A stretch of DNA of 64,000 nucleotides from assembly GCA_902826065.1 (NCBI GenBank), contig CADEDM010000001.1, positions 23,340-87,339 of the forward strand, written 5' to 3'. Within the stretch, counting starts at the first letter, position 1. Every line of letters starts with the position of its first letter. Positions 41,337 to 50,267 of the stretch are shown here, piece by piece. The notes beneath the pieces are model-generated. The model saw nothing but the letters and a program-made list of their open reading frames with translations, ran no database searches and was not told the origin of the DNA. This DNA is from an uncultured Acidobacteriota bacterium. GTDB lineage: Bacteria; Acidobacteriota; Vicinamibacteria; Vicinamibacterales; UBA2999. Position numbers and translations under genes: made by a program.

Positions 41337-42698
41337 TCACCACGCGAGCAGCGGGGCGACGACGAGCGACGCCGCCAACGCCCAGCGCGCCTGCCGATCC
41401 CATTGCGGCTCGAGGTGCAGATCCGCGGCGACGCGGGCCCGGCCGCGATTGATGGCCACGCCGGCCATCGTCGCGCCCGCGAGGGACGCGACACAGGCGA
41501 TGGGGACGAGCGCCCACGGGCGGACCAGCATCACCACCGGCAGCATCACCAGCGCGCCGCCCAGCACCAGCGGCAGCAGCGGCCGGCCCACGGCCGGCGC
41601 GCCCGGGCGGCTGGCGTGCACCACGCCGATCATCGCCATCTGCGCGACGAACGTCGCCACGTAGGGCACGAAGGTGTCGCGTTCGGCGATCTGACCGAGG
41701 AACAGCCACGCCAGCGCCGGCAGCGTCACGCCGGCGACCGCGTGGATGTCGTGTTCGCGATCGGCACCCTCGCTCGAGCGTGGGAACAGCCATGTGTAGA
41801 CAGCGAACAGGGCCACCGGCGGCACGAGCCACCACCAGCCGCGCAAGGCCCACACCAGATACCCGACCAGCGCTGCGCCAGCCAGCGCCGCATCACTCAG
41901 CGTCGTGCGCGATCGCGCCAGCGCCACGACCGCGACGCAGCTCACCGCGACCGCCAGGCGGCAGGTCAGCGCTGCGACGTCGAGATCGAGACTCTCGCGC
42001 AGGACGAGGAACGCGCCCACCGGCACCAGGACGTTGTCGAGGCCGTGCCATGCCACCGCCTCCAGCAGCGTGACCAGCAGCGCCATCGTGGTCGCGATGA
42101 GCACCGCGGCGGCCAGCGGCTGACGATGTGACAGCACCAGCGGCGCGAGCACGCTGAGGAAGGCGACGACGAAGAGCGCGCTGGATCCCTCCAGCGTCTT
42201 GCCGCCGCGGCGATCGTCGAAGAACGTCCGGCCGTACTGCTTGCCGACGAGCGCGGCCATGGCGTCGCCGAGCGTGAGCACGAGCGCCGGCACGAGGAAC
42301 AGCAGGCGATCGCCGGCGGCCAGCAGCCACAGGACGGCGACGCTCAAGGCAAAGTAGAAGTCGCCGCCCGACGCGCGGCCGACGTCGTGCATCGCGGCGC
42401 CGAGTTCCGTCCGGCGGGCGAAGAGGCGCAGGCCGACCAGGCCCGCAGTCATGCCGCCCGAGAGCGCCAGCACCGGCCAGGCGCGGTCGAACGTCCATGG
42501 CAGGATGCACGCCAGCAGGCCCATGCCGATGTGCACGGCCTTCCGCGTGTGCTCCGGGTCGGGCTTCGCTGCCAGCCGCCACGCCCACACGCCGGCGACC
42601 AGCACGCCCGTGAGCGCGGCCACCACCGCCACGCCGGTCCAGGGGCCGAACGGCACCGGCGCCGACAGCCAGGCCGGCGCTGTCGCTGCCGGCCTCAC
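41337..42698 (-). CDS. Polytopic membrane protein with a dolichol/phytol-kinase-like (CTP_transf_1 superfamily) N-terminal half
   Basis: GTG start in a GTGA overlap (42695-42698). The motif LGDAMAALVGKQYGR is typical of polyprenol kinases/CdsA relatives. About 12 TM helices. The extra C-terminal polytopic half has no family I recognise. Confidence 0.55.
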   Translation of the reverse strand: MRPAATAPAWLSAPVPFGPWTGVAVVAALTGVLVAGVWAWRLAAKPDPEHTRKAVHIGMGLLACILPWTFDRAWPVLALSGGMTAGLVGLRLFARRTELGAAMHDVGRASGGDFYFALSVAVLWLLAAGDRLLFLVPALVLTLGDAMAALVGKQYGRTFFDDRRGGKTLEGSSALFVVAFLSVLAPLVLSHRQPLAAAVLIATTMALLVTLLEAVAWHGLDNVLVPVGAFLVLRESLDLDVAALTCRLAVAVSCVAVVALARSRTTLSDAALAGAALVGYLVWALRGWWWLVPPVALFAVYTWLFPRSSEGADREHDIHAVAGVTLPALAWLFLGQIAERDTFVPYVATFVAQMAMIGVVHASRPGAPAVGRPLLPLVLGGALVMLPVVMLVRPWALVPIACVASLAGATMAGVAINRGRARVAADLHLEPQWDRQARWALAASLVVAPLLAW

Positions 42699-43816
42699 CG
42701 TCGCTCCTCGACGACGAACGCGCTGTAGAAGAACGCCTTGTCGGCGGCGTGCAGCCGCGCGGCCAGGTCCGTGAGCGGATGGAGGCGGTCGGCCATGTCG
42801 TCGGGGCGGCGGCGCGGCGCCAGCATGTTCCAGTAGGCCAGACGTCCGCCCGGCGCGAGCACGCGACTGAGGTGTTCGAGGCTGCGACGGGTCTCGTCGA
42901 GCGACATGTACTCGAAGATGTCGCTCAGGTTGGCGCCGTGCACCGTGCCGGCCTCGAGCGTGTCGAGCGCGCCGTGCAGATCGGCACGTCGCCACTCCAC
43001 GCGATCGACGTGGTCACGAATCGTCTCGAAGTGATCAGGGCGCAGCGCCAGCGGCAGTGCGGCGCCGTGGCGGCCGGTGAGGATCCAGTGCATGTAGGGA
43101 TTGGCGGCCGGGTCCAGCGCCGTCATCGCGTGACGCGCGCGCACGAGGATCCGGTCGGCCACCGACCCTTCGACGTGCGCGAAGAACTCGGGGTCGCGCC
43201 CCAGCCGCCCCATCACCGCGCGCGAAAAGAACACGCGGAACATGAGCCGCCACGCTGCCGTGTCCCAGGAGCGCGCGTAGAACGCCTCGCGCGACTCCGG
43301 TGGCCCGCCGGCCAACAGGCGCTCGACGGTCCTGCGCCCGTGCACGAGCGGCAGGACCCAGCGGCGGAACGTCGCGAAGTAGCGCTCGAACTTGCCGGCG
43401 CTGCCGATGCCGGCGTCGATGTCGGCACCGTGGCCGTCCCAGAACGTCCGCGCGTCGGCTGAGAGCTGGTTGCGGCAACGGGCGTAGAGCGCGCGCCGGT
43501 CGGCCGACGGCCGCGAGCCCACGAGCTGCAGCAGTTCCTCGTGGGTGAGCGCGCGATACGCGGCCAACCGCAGCTCGAGACACGCCAGCTGCGCCGGCGA
43601 CAGGTCCACGGCGACGACTCGTGCCGGGCGTCCGGTGAGCAGGGCCAGAGTGTTGTCGCCCGCAGATGCGATCGACACCAGCGTCTGACCCGGCTGCGGC
43701 GCCAGGGCCTCGACCAGGACATCGGCGTCCTCCCAGCACTGCGCGTAGCGAATGCCCGTGAAGTCGGCGCGGTCGGCCACTGGCGGCCGGGCCGTGCCTG
43801 CGACCTGCGAACTCAC
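42695..43816 (-). CDS. DUF3419 / BtaA-like protein (SAM-dependent 3-amino-3-carboxypropyl transferase family)
   Basis: GTG start in a GTGA overlap (43813-43816). IRYAQCWEDADVLVEALAPQPGQTLVSIASAGDNTLALL matches my recollection of the DUF3419 N-terminus and SAM-binding fold. C-terminus ...GGRLAYWNMLAPR. Confidence 0.65.
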   Translation of the reverse strand: MSSQVAGTARPPVADRADFTGIRYAQCWEDADVLVEALAPQPGQTLVSIASAGDNTLALLTGRPARVVAVDLSPAQLACLELRLAAYRALTHEELLQLVGSRPSADRRALYARCRNQLSADARTFWDGHGADIDAGIGSAGKFERYFATFRRWVLPLVHGRRTVERLLAGGPPESREAFYARSWDTAAWRLMFRVFFSRAVMGRLGRDPEFFAHVEGSVADRILVRARHAMTALDPAANPYMHWILTGRHGAALPLALRPDHFETIRDHVDRVEWRRADLHGALDTLEAGTVHGANLSDIFEYMSLDETRRSLEHLSRVLAPGGRLAYWNMLAPRRRPDDMADRLHPLTDLAARLHAADKAFFYSAFVVEERR

Positions 43817-46359
43817 GCCGCGCCGCCCGCGTCGAGCCGGCGCACGACGCCCGTCGAGCCATCGACGCGCAGAGAGTCGCCATCCTGCACCCACGCCATC
43901 AGCCCAGGCACCGACACGACGGCGGGCAGTCCGAGCTCGCGCGACACGATGGCGGTGTGCGACAGCACGCTGCCGCGCTCGACCACGACCGCAGACGCGG
44001 CGGGGAACAGCAGGATCCAGCCAGGATCGGTGCGCTCGGCGACGAGGATGTCGCCGGGCGTCAACGTGGCCTGCCGGGGATCACGAATGACGCGGGCGCG
44101 CCCCTCCACTATGCCCGGGCAACAGCCGATGCCCTGGCGCGTGTCGCCCGTCGTGTCGACGGGCGCGGCTGTCGCGGCCTGGAAGGTGTTGCCGATCCAC
44201 ACCGCGCCCCTGGTCTCGAACCGATCGGCCGGGGCGGGCGTCGCGCGATACGTGTCGTACTCGCGACGTCGTACCGCGGCGAGGTCAGCCAGGTTGCCGG
44301 TCGTGACCGTGCCCTCGACCACGCCCAGGACTTCGTCGACCTGCAGGTAGAACACGTCGTCGGCGGCCGCGAGCCGGCCCTCGGCGGCAAGGCGCCTCCC
44401 CGCCTCGACGACGATGCGGCGGACACGGCCGAAGACGCGCGTCCGCTCGAAGCGCAGGTTCTCGCGATGGCGGACGCGGGCGCGAGCCTGGCGCACCACC
44501 CAGCCAGCGATCACGCGGCGCAGCGGACGCCATCGCACGGCGGCGGTGAGGCGCTGTTCGGCCGCCACGCGCGACGCGCTTCCGCCCTGCATGCCGGCTG
44601 GCGGCGTGTTCGCCGGGTCGGGCTGTCCCAGGCCTCGTGCACGTTCGCGGTGCGCGAGGCCGCCGATGGCGCGGAACAACACCAGCGGATCGTCGGCAAG
44701 CGTCGGCGTCTCGAGCTTCAACTCGTCGAGGCAGCGATCGCTGAACTTCTCCAGGAACGCATGGTATTCCCGGGTGAACTCGTCGCCGCCGGTCGCGAGC
44801 GCCCGCCGGATCTCGTCGACCGTGCCGTGCTGCAGCACGGCGACGAGCGCCTCGTGCCCGGCGGCCAACCGGGCCAGCCGCTGCACACGCAGCGCCGGTT
44901 CGGCGCTGACGATGCCGCCCTCGGCGGCAATCAGGTCGTTCTGCAGCGTGCCGTCGGTGTCGCCGGCCCAGCGCGTGCAGATGGTGCGCAGCACGCCGTA
45001 GAAGATCATCGCGAAGAAGTCGTTGACGAGGGGCGCGTCCCAACGCGTCAGGAGCTGTCGCTCGAGCGCGCGGTAGTGGGCGACCAGCTCGTCGAGGCGC
45101 TGCGACGTCAGGTCGGTCCGCGTGCCGAGCGCGGCGTCGAGCCGGACGTAGAAGCGCTCGATCTGGCGCGGCAGGCGGACCAGGGCGGCGACGAGACCCG
45201 CGAGCGACCGCGCGAAGCGCAGGCCATCGAGCCAGCGTTCGCCACGCGTGGGCGGCGCCTCGCCGGCCAGCACCTCGTCGGGCATCGGCTCGCGGACGCC
45301 CATCATCTGCTCCATGAACCGGCGGTTCACGGAGAAGCCCGGGAGCATGGCGAGCACGCGATACCAGGAGATCAGGTTGTAGTACACGCGGCCGCGCACC
45401 GATCCGAGCATGTTGTCGAACGTGCTGCGACGGTCGTCGACGAGCGTACGCGGCACGGCGAGCAGCACGCAGAACTGGCGGTAGACCTCGGCGTAGACGC
45501 CGCGGGCGAACGAGAACGTCAGCGGCGTGGTGATGCCGCCGTAGCTCTCGGCGATGTTGCTGTTGTCCCAGATGCGGCGCGCGCCATCGGGATCGGGCAG
45601 CGCCGCGAGCGTCGTGATCGGCCGCGCCTGCAGCAGGTGCAGCCGTCCGCGTTCGATCGCCCACTCGATGTCCTGCGGACGCCCGGCGAACGTCGCGACC
45701 CGCTGGGCCAGGTCGGCGACGGCCGCTACCTGCGCGTCGGTCAGCGCTCGCGAGGTGCCGCCCTGACGAAGCGCCCGCACCTGCACGGCGCCGTCGCGGT
45801 CCACGGTGTAGCTGTCGGCATCCGCCTCGCCCGAGACGAGCGCGTCGCCCAGGCCCGGCACCGCGGCCACGACGGCCAGTGCGCGGCGGCCGCTCACCGG
45901 GTCTGACGAGAACGCCACGCCCGCCGCGTCGGGCGCGAGCATCCGCTGCACGATGACCGCCGGCGCCGGCGCCTCACCCCAGAAGCCGCGTTCGCGGCGG
46001 TAGGCCGCCACGCGCGGCGCCTCGACCGACCGCCACACGTCGGCGATGCGCGCCAGCACGTCGGCGGGCGCGACGTCGAGGTAGGTCTCGAACTGGCCGG
46101 CGAAGGAATGCCCGGCGCCGTCCTCTTCGGCAGCCGACGAACGGACGGCGACCCGGCTGCCCTCGGGCGTCAACCGTGCGAGCGCGGCGTCGACGTCCTT
46201 CGCGATGGCCGCGGTCCCTGCGGCAGCCGCGCCTGACGTCACGACGAACCACGCCGGCACATCGAAGCCGGCGGCCGCGAGTCGAGCCAGGGCCGCGGCC
46301 TTGCCGCCCACCTCCGACACCGCTGCGGCATCGCCTGGCCAGCGCAGGGCGTCGCTCAC
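43813..46359 (-). CDS. PEP-utilising enzyme: PPDK_N ATP-grasp + central domain + swivelling phospho-His domain (PEP synthase / rifampin-phosphotransferase-like)
   Basis: GTG start in a GTGA overlap (46356-46359). EVGGKAAALARLAAAGFDVPAWFVV...VAVRSSAAEEDGAGHSFAGQFETYL...PQDIEWAIERGRLHLLQARPIT. C-terminus TDPGWILLFPAASAVVVERGSVLSHTAIVSRELGLPAVV (catalytic His). 848 aa. Confidence 0.85.
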   Translation of the reverse strand: MSDALRWPGDAAAVSEVGGKAAALARLAAAGFDVPAWFVVTSGAAAAGTAAIAKDVDAALARLTPEGSRVAVRSSAAEEDGAGHSFAGQFETYLDVAPADVLARIADVWRSVEAPRVAAYRRERGFWGEAPAPAVIVQRMLAPDAAGVAFSSDPVSGRRALAVVAAVPGLGDALVSGEADADSYTVDRDGAVQVRALRQGGTSRALTDAQVAAVADLAQRVATFAGRPQDIEWAIERGRLHLLQARPITTLAALPDPDGARRIWDNSNIAESYGGITTPLTFSFARGVYAEVYRQFCVLLAVPRTLVDDRRSTFDNMLGSVRGRVYYNLISWYRVLAMLPGFSVNRRFMEQMMGVREPMPDEVLAGEAPPTRGERWLDGLRFARSLAGLVAALVRLPRQIERFYVRLDAALGTRTDLTSQRLDELVAHYRALERQLLTRWDAPLVNDFFAMIFYGVLRTICTRWAGDTDGTLQNDLIAAEGGIVSAEPALRVQRLARLAAGHEALVAVLQHGTVDEIRRALATGGDEFTREYHAFLEKFSDRCLDELKLETPTLADDPLVLFRAIGGLAHRERARGLGQPDPANTPPAGMQGGSASRVAAEQRLTAAVRWRPLRRVIAGWVVRQARARVRHRENLRFERTRVFGRVRRIVVEAGRRLAAEGRLAAADDVFYLQVDEVLGVVEGTVTTGNLADLAAVRRREYDTYRATPAPADRFETRGAVWIGNTFQAATAAPVDTTGDTRQGIGCCPGIVEGRARVIRDPRQATLTPGDILVAERTDPGWILLFPAASAVVVERGSVLSHTAIVSRELGLPAVVSVPGLMAWVQDGDSLRVDGSTGVVRRLDAGGAA

Positions 46360-47267
46360 CCGCGCCTCCACCAGGCCAGCGCCAGCGGCAGGATGCCGAC
46401 CGAGAGATACATCACCAGCGTCCAGACGCCGGCCATCACCTCGAACGTCTTCCCCGCGCCGGCCATGGGCCGGGCCACGAACCGCCGGCCCACGACGATG
46501 GCCACGGCGATAGTGACGGCGCCAAGCGCGGCCACCGTCGCGCCCACGCCGACGAGGCGTCCGGCCAGCGCGGCGCTGCCGGCGGCCAGGACCAGCGCGA
46601 CGACCCAGCTCGCGATCGCGCGCGGACGCCCCCAGGCCGCGGAGTAGGTCTCGACGCCGTGCTCCTCGTCCTCGGGCGCGCGCAGCTTGCGTCCCACCTC
46701 GACGACGACGCCGTTGAAGAAGCTCGCCGCCAGGAACCAGCCCAGGCCCTGCGGCGGCGTCGCTCCGGCCGGCACCCAGTCGCACGCGGTGGCGTAGAGG
46801 TCGATGAGCGGCACGACCAGCATGTGGGTCCACAGGTAGGTGAACGGCCGCGCCTTGAGCCAGTCGGCGACGAAGAACTCCTGCGAGAGCAGCGCCATGT
46901 AGGCCCACACCAGGGCCAGCACGACGAGCAGCCGCGCATCGAGCCACCAGGCCAGCGCGACCTGCACGGCCATCGCGGCCACGCCGAGACGCGCGAGTTC
47001 ACCGAGTGTGACGAGTCCACGCGGCACCGGGCGATAGGGCCGGAACTGCCGATCCTCGTCCGCGTCCTTGAACTCGTCGCTCACACGGAGCTGGAAGAAG
47101 AAGAGCAGTGCGCTCACGAACGCCACCACGGCGCCGCGCATCGACGGCCACGAGCCTCGCAGCAGCGCCGACAGCGCCACCGCCGAGGCGCTGAACGCGA
47201 GGATCAGCGGGCCGTGGCCGGCCAGCGGGAAGCGCTCGCGTTGGTAGGTCCACCAGCGCGTGGACAT
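46356..47267 (-). CDS. UbiA-family prenyltransferase
   Basis: 303 aa with about 8 TM helices. First Asp-rich motif RVSDEFKDADEDR. The second half contains the YxxxxxGRKLRAPEDE region. Confidence 0.8.
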   Translation of the reverse strand: MSTRWWTYQRERFPLAGHGPLILAFSASAVALSALLRGSWPSMRGAVVAFVSALLFFFQLRVSDEFKDADEDRQFRPYRPVPRGLVTLGELARLGVAAMAVQVALAWWLDARLLVVLALVWAYMALLSQEFFVADWLKARPFTYLWTHMLVVPLIDLYATACDWVPAGATPPQGLGWFLAASFFNGVVVEVGRKLRAPEDEEHGVETYSAAWGRPRAIASWVVALVLAAGSAALAGRLVGVGATVAALGAVTIAVAIVVGRRFVARPMAGAGKTFEVMAGVWTLVMYLSVGILPLALAWWRRG

Positions 47268-47269
47268 CG

Positions 47270-48559
47270 TCAGCGTGTCGTCGGCATCGGCGCGGTGCCG
47301 CGGGCCAGCGCCTCGTGCGCCTGCGCGAAGTGGCCGGCGATGAGGGCTGCGGTGATCGACAGCTCACCGGCGAGGGCCATCGCGCCCGCCACCTCCGCCA
47401 GCGCGTTTGCGTGTCCCGGGCCTGCCAGGCCCAGCCAGTCGAGGCACGCGCGCTGACTGGGTAGCGCGGTGCCGCCGCCCACGGTGCCGACGATGACATT
47501 GGGCAGCGTGACCGAGGCGTAGAGGTCGTCGCCGCGCACTTCGAATCGCGTCGTGCCGATGGCCGACTCGGCCACGCACGCCGCGTCCTGCCCGCAGGCG
47601 ATGTAGAGCGCGGCGAGGCAGTTGGCGAAGTGGCCCTGCACCCCGATGGTGCCGCTGAGCACGCCGCCCATGGCGCCCATCTGCCAGTAGCGCGCGAAGC
47701 CCTCCGGCGTCGTGTGCAGGCGCGCGGCCACGAGTGCGCCAGGAATCAGCGCCTCGGCCGTGACCTTGCGTCCGCGCACGTGCAGGAACGACTGGTGGCT
47801 GGCTTTCTTGTCGCCCGACATGTTGGCTTCGAGGAAGAAGTAGCGTGGCGACACCGGCGCGTGCGCGATCACGTGGCGGCAGACGGCGTCGGTGGCGAGC
47901 GTCACCATGTTCTGACCGGCGGCGTCGCCAGTAGTGAACTCGAGCACCATGTAGACCGAGCTGCCTTCGATGGTGCACTGCACGTCGGTCAGCTTGCCGT
48001 GACGGGTCGTCGACTCCGCGACCGCCCGCAGCGTGTCGACGTTCGACATCACCCAGCCCACGAAATGTCCGGCCTCGGCGATGGTGTGGAACGCGAACCC
48101 CGGCGCGCGCGACACGCCCGTGTTCAACACGGCCGCGGCACAACCGCCGGCTTCGGTGAGCGTGAGGGCGCCGCGGCTGTACGACGCCACCAGCGCGGCT
48201 TCCGTCGTCGCCAGCGGCACGTAGTAGTCGCCCCGGGCATGCACGCCGTTGACGCGCAGCGGCCCGGCCACGCCCACCGGCACCTTCACCGTGCCGACGA
48301 AGTGCTCGATGTGGTGGCGATAGCGCGAGGGGTCGTCGCTGGCGGCGCCGTCGAGCAGCGCCGCCCGGGCCGGTGCGGCGTCGCCGGGGAACAGGGCCCA
48401 GCGGGCGTCGATGGCCTCGGCATCGAGGGCGTCCCGGCCAGGCACCCGCTTCACCTCGCCGCCCGGCCGTGGGGCCAGGCGGGCCTTGAGCGCGTCGGGC
48501 GAGGCCTCGGTCAGCAGGGTCTTGAGCCAGTGGAGTGAGCGTCCCAGGTCGTAGGCCAC
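47270..48559 (-). CDS. Class I HMG-CoA reductase (soluble catalytic domain only)
   Basis: Start set at the GTG at 48559, 50 nt after the upstream stop. ATTEAALVASYSRG (Glu), DAAGQNM (Asp), GDKKASHQSF..VRGRKV (Lys), GTVGGGT, ALAGELSITAALIAGHFAQAH (His). All four catalytic residues are present. Confidence 0.85.
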   Translation of the reverse strand: MAYDLGRSLHWLKTLLTEASPDALKARLAPRPGGEVKRVPGRDALDAEAIDARWALFPGDAAPARAALLDGAASDDPSRYRHHIEHFVGTVKVPVGVAGPLRVNGVHARGDYYVPLATTEAALVASYSRGALTLTEAGGCAAAVLNTGVSRAPGFAFHTIAEAGHFVGWVMSNVDTLRAVAESTTRHGKLTDVQCTIEGSSVYMVLEFTTGDAAGQNMVTLATDAVCRHVIAHAPVSPRYFFLEANMSGDKKASHQSFLHVRGRKVTAEALIPGALVAARLHTTPEGFARYWQMGAMGGVLSGTIGVQGHFANCLAALYIACGQDAACVAESAIGTTRFEVRGDDLYASVTLPNVIVGTVGGGTALPSQRACLDWLGLAGPGHANALAEVAGAMALAGELSITAALIAGHFAQAHEALARGTAPMPTTR

Positions 48560-48609
48560 GCCGTGATCGTAACAGTCGCGTTGGCCGGCCGACGGCCGCC
48601 GCCGTGCGA

Positions 48610-50214
48610 TCAGGGGTGAGAAACGATGAATCGGCGCGTCGGCGCCGATGCCACGAGGCCGGGAAGGGCCGTGTAGTCGACCTTGGCGTTGTGACGGCGA
48701 TCCACCGGGATGGCCGGATACTCGCGCAGCTCGTGCAGGCGCGCCCACGCCAGCGTGGCCGCGACCGCCGCCAGATCCGGAGCGGCTCCGGGCGACGGTT
48801 GTACCAGCAGCAGACGCCGCCCGTCGTGCTGCGTGCATGCGGCCCGGGCGACCCCCGGCACATGCACGGCCGCGCATTCCACGGCGAAGGGATGGAGCAC
48901 GCCGGCGCCGTCGTCGATCACGGCGTTGCAGCGGCCGAGCAGCCACAGGCGGCCATCGAGGTCGAGCCGGCCGGCATCGCCGGTCCGATGCCAGACCGCG
49001 CTGTCGACCCGGAACTTGGTCTCCTCGTCGCCGCGTCCGCCCAGATAGCCGCGCAGGACGTGACCGCCGTGGACGACGATCTCGCCAGGTGTCCCGGCAC
49101 CGGCGCACCGCGCGGCGAAGGCCGCGCCAGACAAGGCGCCGATCGAGTCCGGGCGCCACGGGCCGGCCAGAATCCGCACCGCGATCTCGGGCACCGGCGT
49201 GCCGGTGACCAGCCCGCCGCCGGCCCGCATCCGCTCGCGATCCGCCGCCGAGATCGCCCGCCGCTCGATTTCGGCGATCGGCTCGGCCTCGGTCGAGCCG
49301 TAGACCGAGACGACCTCGGCGCCCGGGGCCGCCGCCGCGAGCCGATCGAGGAACGGCGGGAAGACCGGCGCGCCGCCGACGTGGATGGTGCGGAACGGCA
49401 GATGCGTCCGGGTCCGCTCGCTCTCGTCGACGAGGCGCCCGAGCAGCCCCGGCGAAGCGGCGGTCCGCATGACGTGATGCCGGCGAGCCTGCTCGACGAC
49501 GGGCGCCGGGGCGATCTGGCCGGGCGCGCGCAGGTCGGCGTCGGGAATCACGCTGGTGACCCCGGAGGCGAGGTTGGCGAGCACGAACACCGGCAGGGTC
49601 GAGAGATCGACGTCGCCCGGGCGCAGCTGCAGGCTGCGTTCGAGCACGTCGTGCTGGGCCAGCAGGAAGCCGTGGCTGCGCACGGCCACTTTCGGCACGC
49701 CGGTGCTGCCGCTGGTGAACGTCACGAGCGCCGGCGTGTCCGTGGTCACCGGCGCGAGCGTCTCGAGCGGCGTGACACGAGCGGCGCGTTGCCAGGAGGT
49801 CGCGCCCGGCAGCCAGCCATCGAGGCTCACCGCCCAGCGCGCGCGCCGGAACCCCGGGTGCAGCAGCCGCAGCAGGTGCGCCCTGCGGCTGCCGATGAAG
49901 CCGGCGATCGGCAGCGGCCCAAGCGCCGCGGCGACGTGCCCGCGGCTGGCCGAGGGCTCGGGCACGACGGCCGTCAGTCCCAGCCGGAACACCGCGATGA
50001 GCGCCGCGTACAACTCCAGCGACATCGGGTGCAGCACCACCGCCGCATCGCCGGCCCGTGCACCCAGCGACTGCAGCAGGGCCGCGCCGCGGGCCGACGC
50101 ACGGTCCAGTTCGGCGAACGTCGTGACGCGTGGCACGCCGCGCACGGTGTCGATGATGGCCGGCGCCTCCCCCTGACGGACGGCGCGATCGGCCAGGCGG
50201 GCCGCGATGTTCAC
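48610..50214 (-). CDS. AMP-dependent synthetase/ligase (acyl-CoA synthetase-like)
   Basis: ALVTFTSGSTGVPKVAV (P-loop), VYGSTEAEP, WHRTGDAG, PVDRRHNAKVDY (A10 Lys). Confidence 0.9.
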   Translation of the reverse strand: MNIAARLADRAVRQGEAPAIIDTVRGVPRVTTFAELDRASARGAALLQSLGARAGDAAVVLHPMSLELYAALIAVFRLGLTAVVPEPSASRGHVAAALGPLPIAGFIGSRRAHLLRLLHPGFRRARWAVSLDGWLPGATSWQRAARVTPLETLAPVTTDTPALVTFTSGSTGVPKVAVRSHGFLLAQHDVLERSLQLRPGDVDLSTLPVFVLANLASGVTSVIPDADLRAPGQIAPAPVVEQARRHHVMRTAASPGLLGRLVDESERTRTHLPFRTIHVGGAPVFPPFLDRLAAAAPGAEVVSVYGSTEAEPIAEIERRAISAADRERMRAGGGLVTGTPVPEIAVRILAGPWRPDSIGALSGAAFAARCAGAGTPGEIVVHGGHVLRGYLGGRGDEETKFRVDSAVWHRTGDAGRLDLDGRLWLLGRCNAVIDDGAGVLHPFAVECAAVHVPGVARAACTQHDGRRLLLVQPSPGAAPDLAAVAATLAWARLHELREYPAIPVDRRHNAKVDYTALPGLVASAPTRRFIVSHP

Positions 50215-50242
50215 GTGAAGTTCATTCTCGTCAATCCCCCGG

Positions 50243-50261
50243 TCTGAGCGAAACTCTCAGA
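50243..50261. promoter_or_regulatory. Perfect 6-bp inverted repeat TCTGAG-N7-CTCAGA in the 53-bp divergent intergenic region
   Basis: Read directly: ggTCTGAGcgaaactCTCAGAgcacacATG. It ends 6 nt before the carbamoyltransferase ATG at 50268. It could be an operator or a 5'-UTR hairpin. Confidence 0.3.
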
Positions 50262-50267
50262 GCACAC

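Noticed and set aside
43957-45906. 649-aa + ORF, together with 44285-45664 (-) and 48535-50247 (+)
   Set aside because: They are alternative-frame or antisense to the PEP-utilising enzyme and the AMP-ligase. Composition is Arg/Gly/Ala-dominated and no motifs are present.
1078-47267. Candidate exosortase among the polytopic proteins (1078-2628, 41337-42698, 46356-47267, 6236-7264)
   Set aside because: Each has motifs of another family: the GT-C DE loop, the polyprenol-kinase GDxxAxxxG motif, UbiA Asp-rich motifs and the VanZ signature. None shows an exosortase-like pattern, so I do not call an xrtA in this window.
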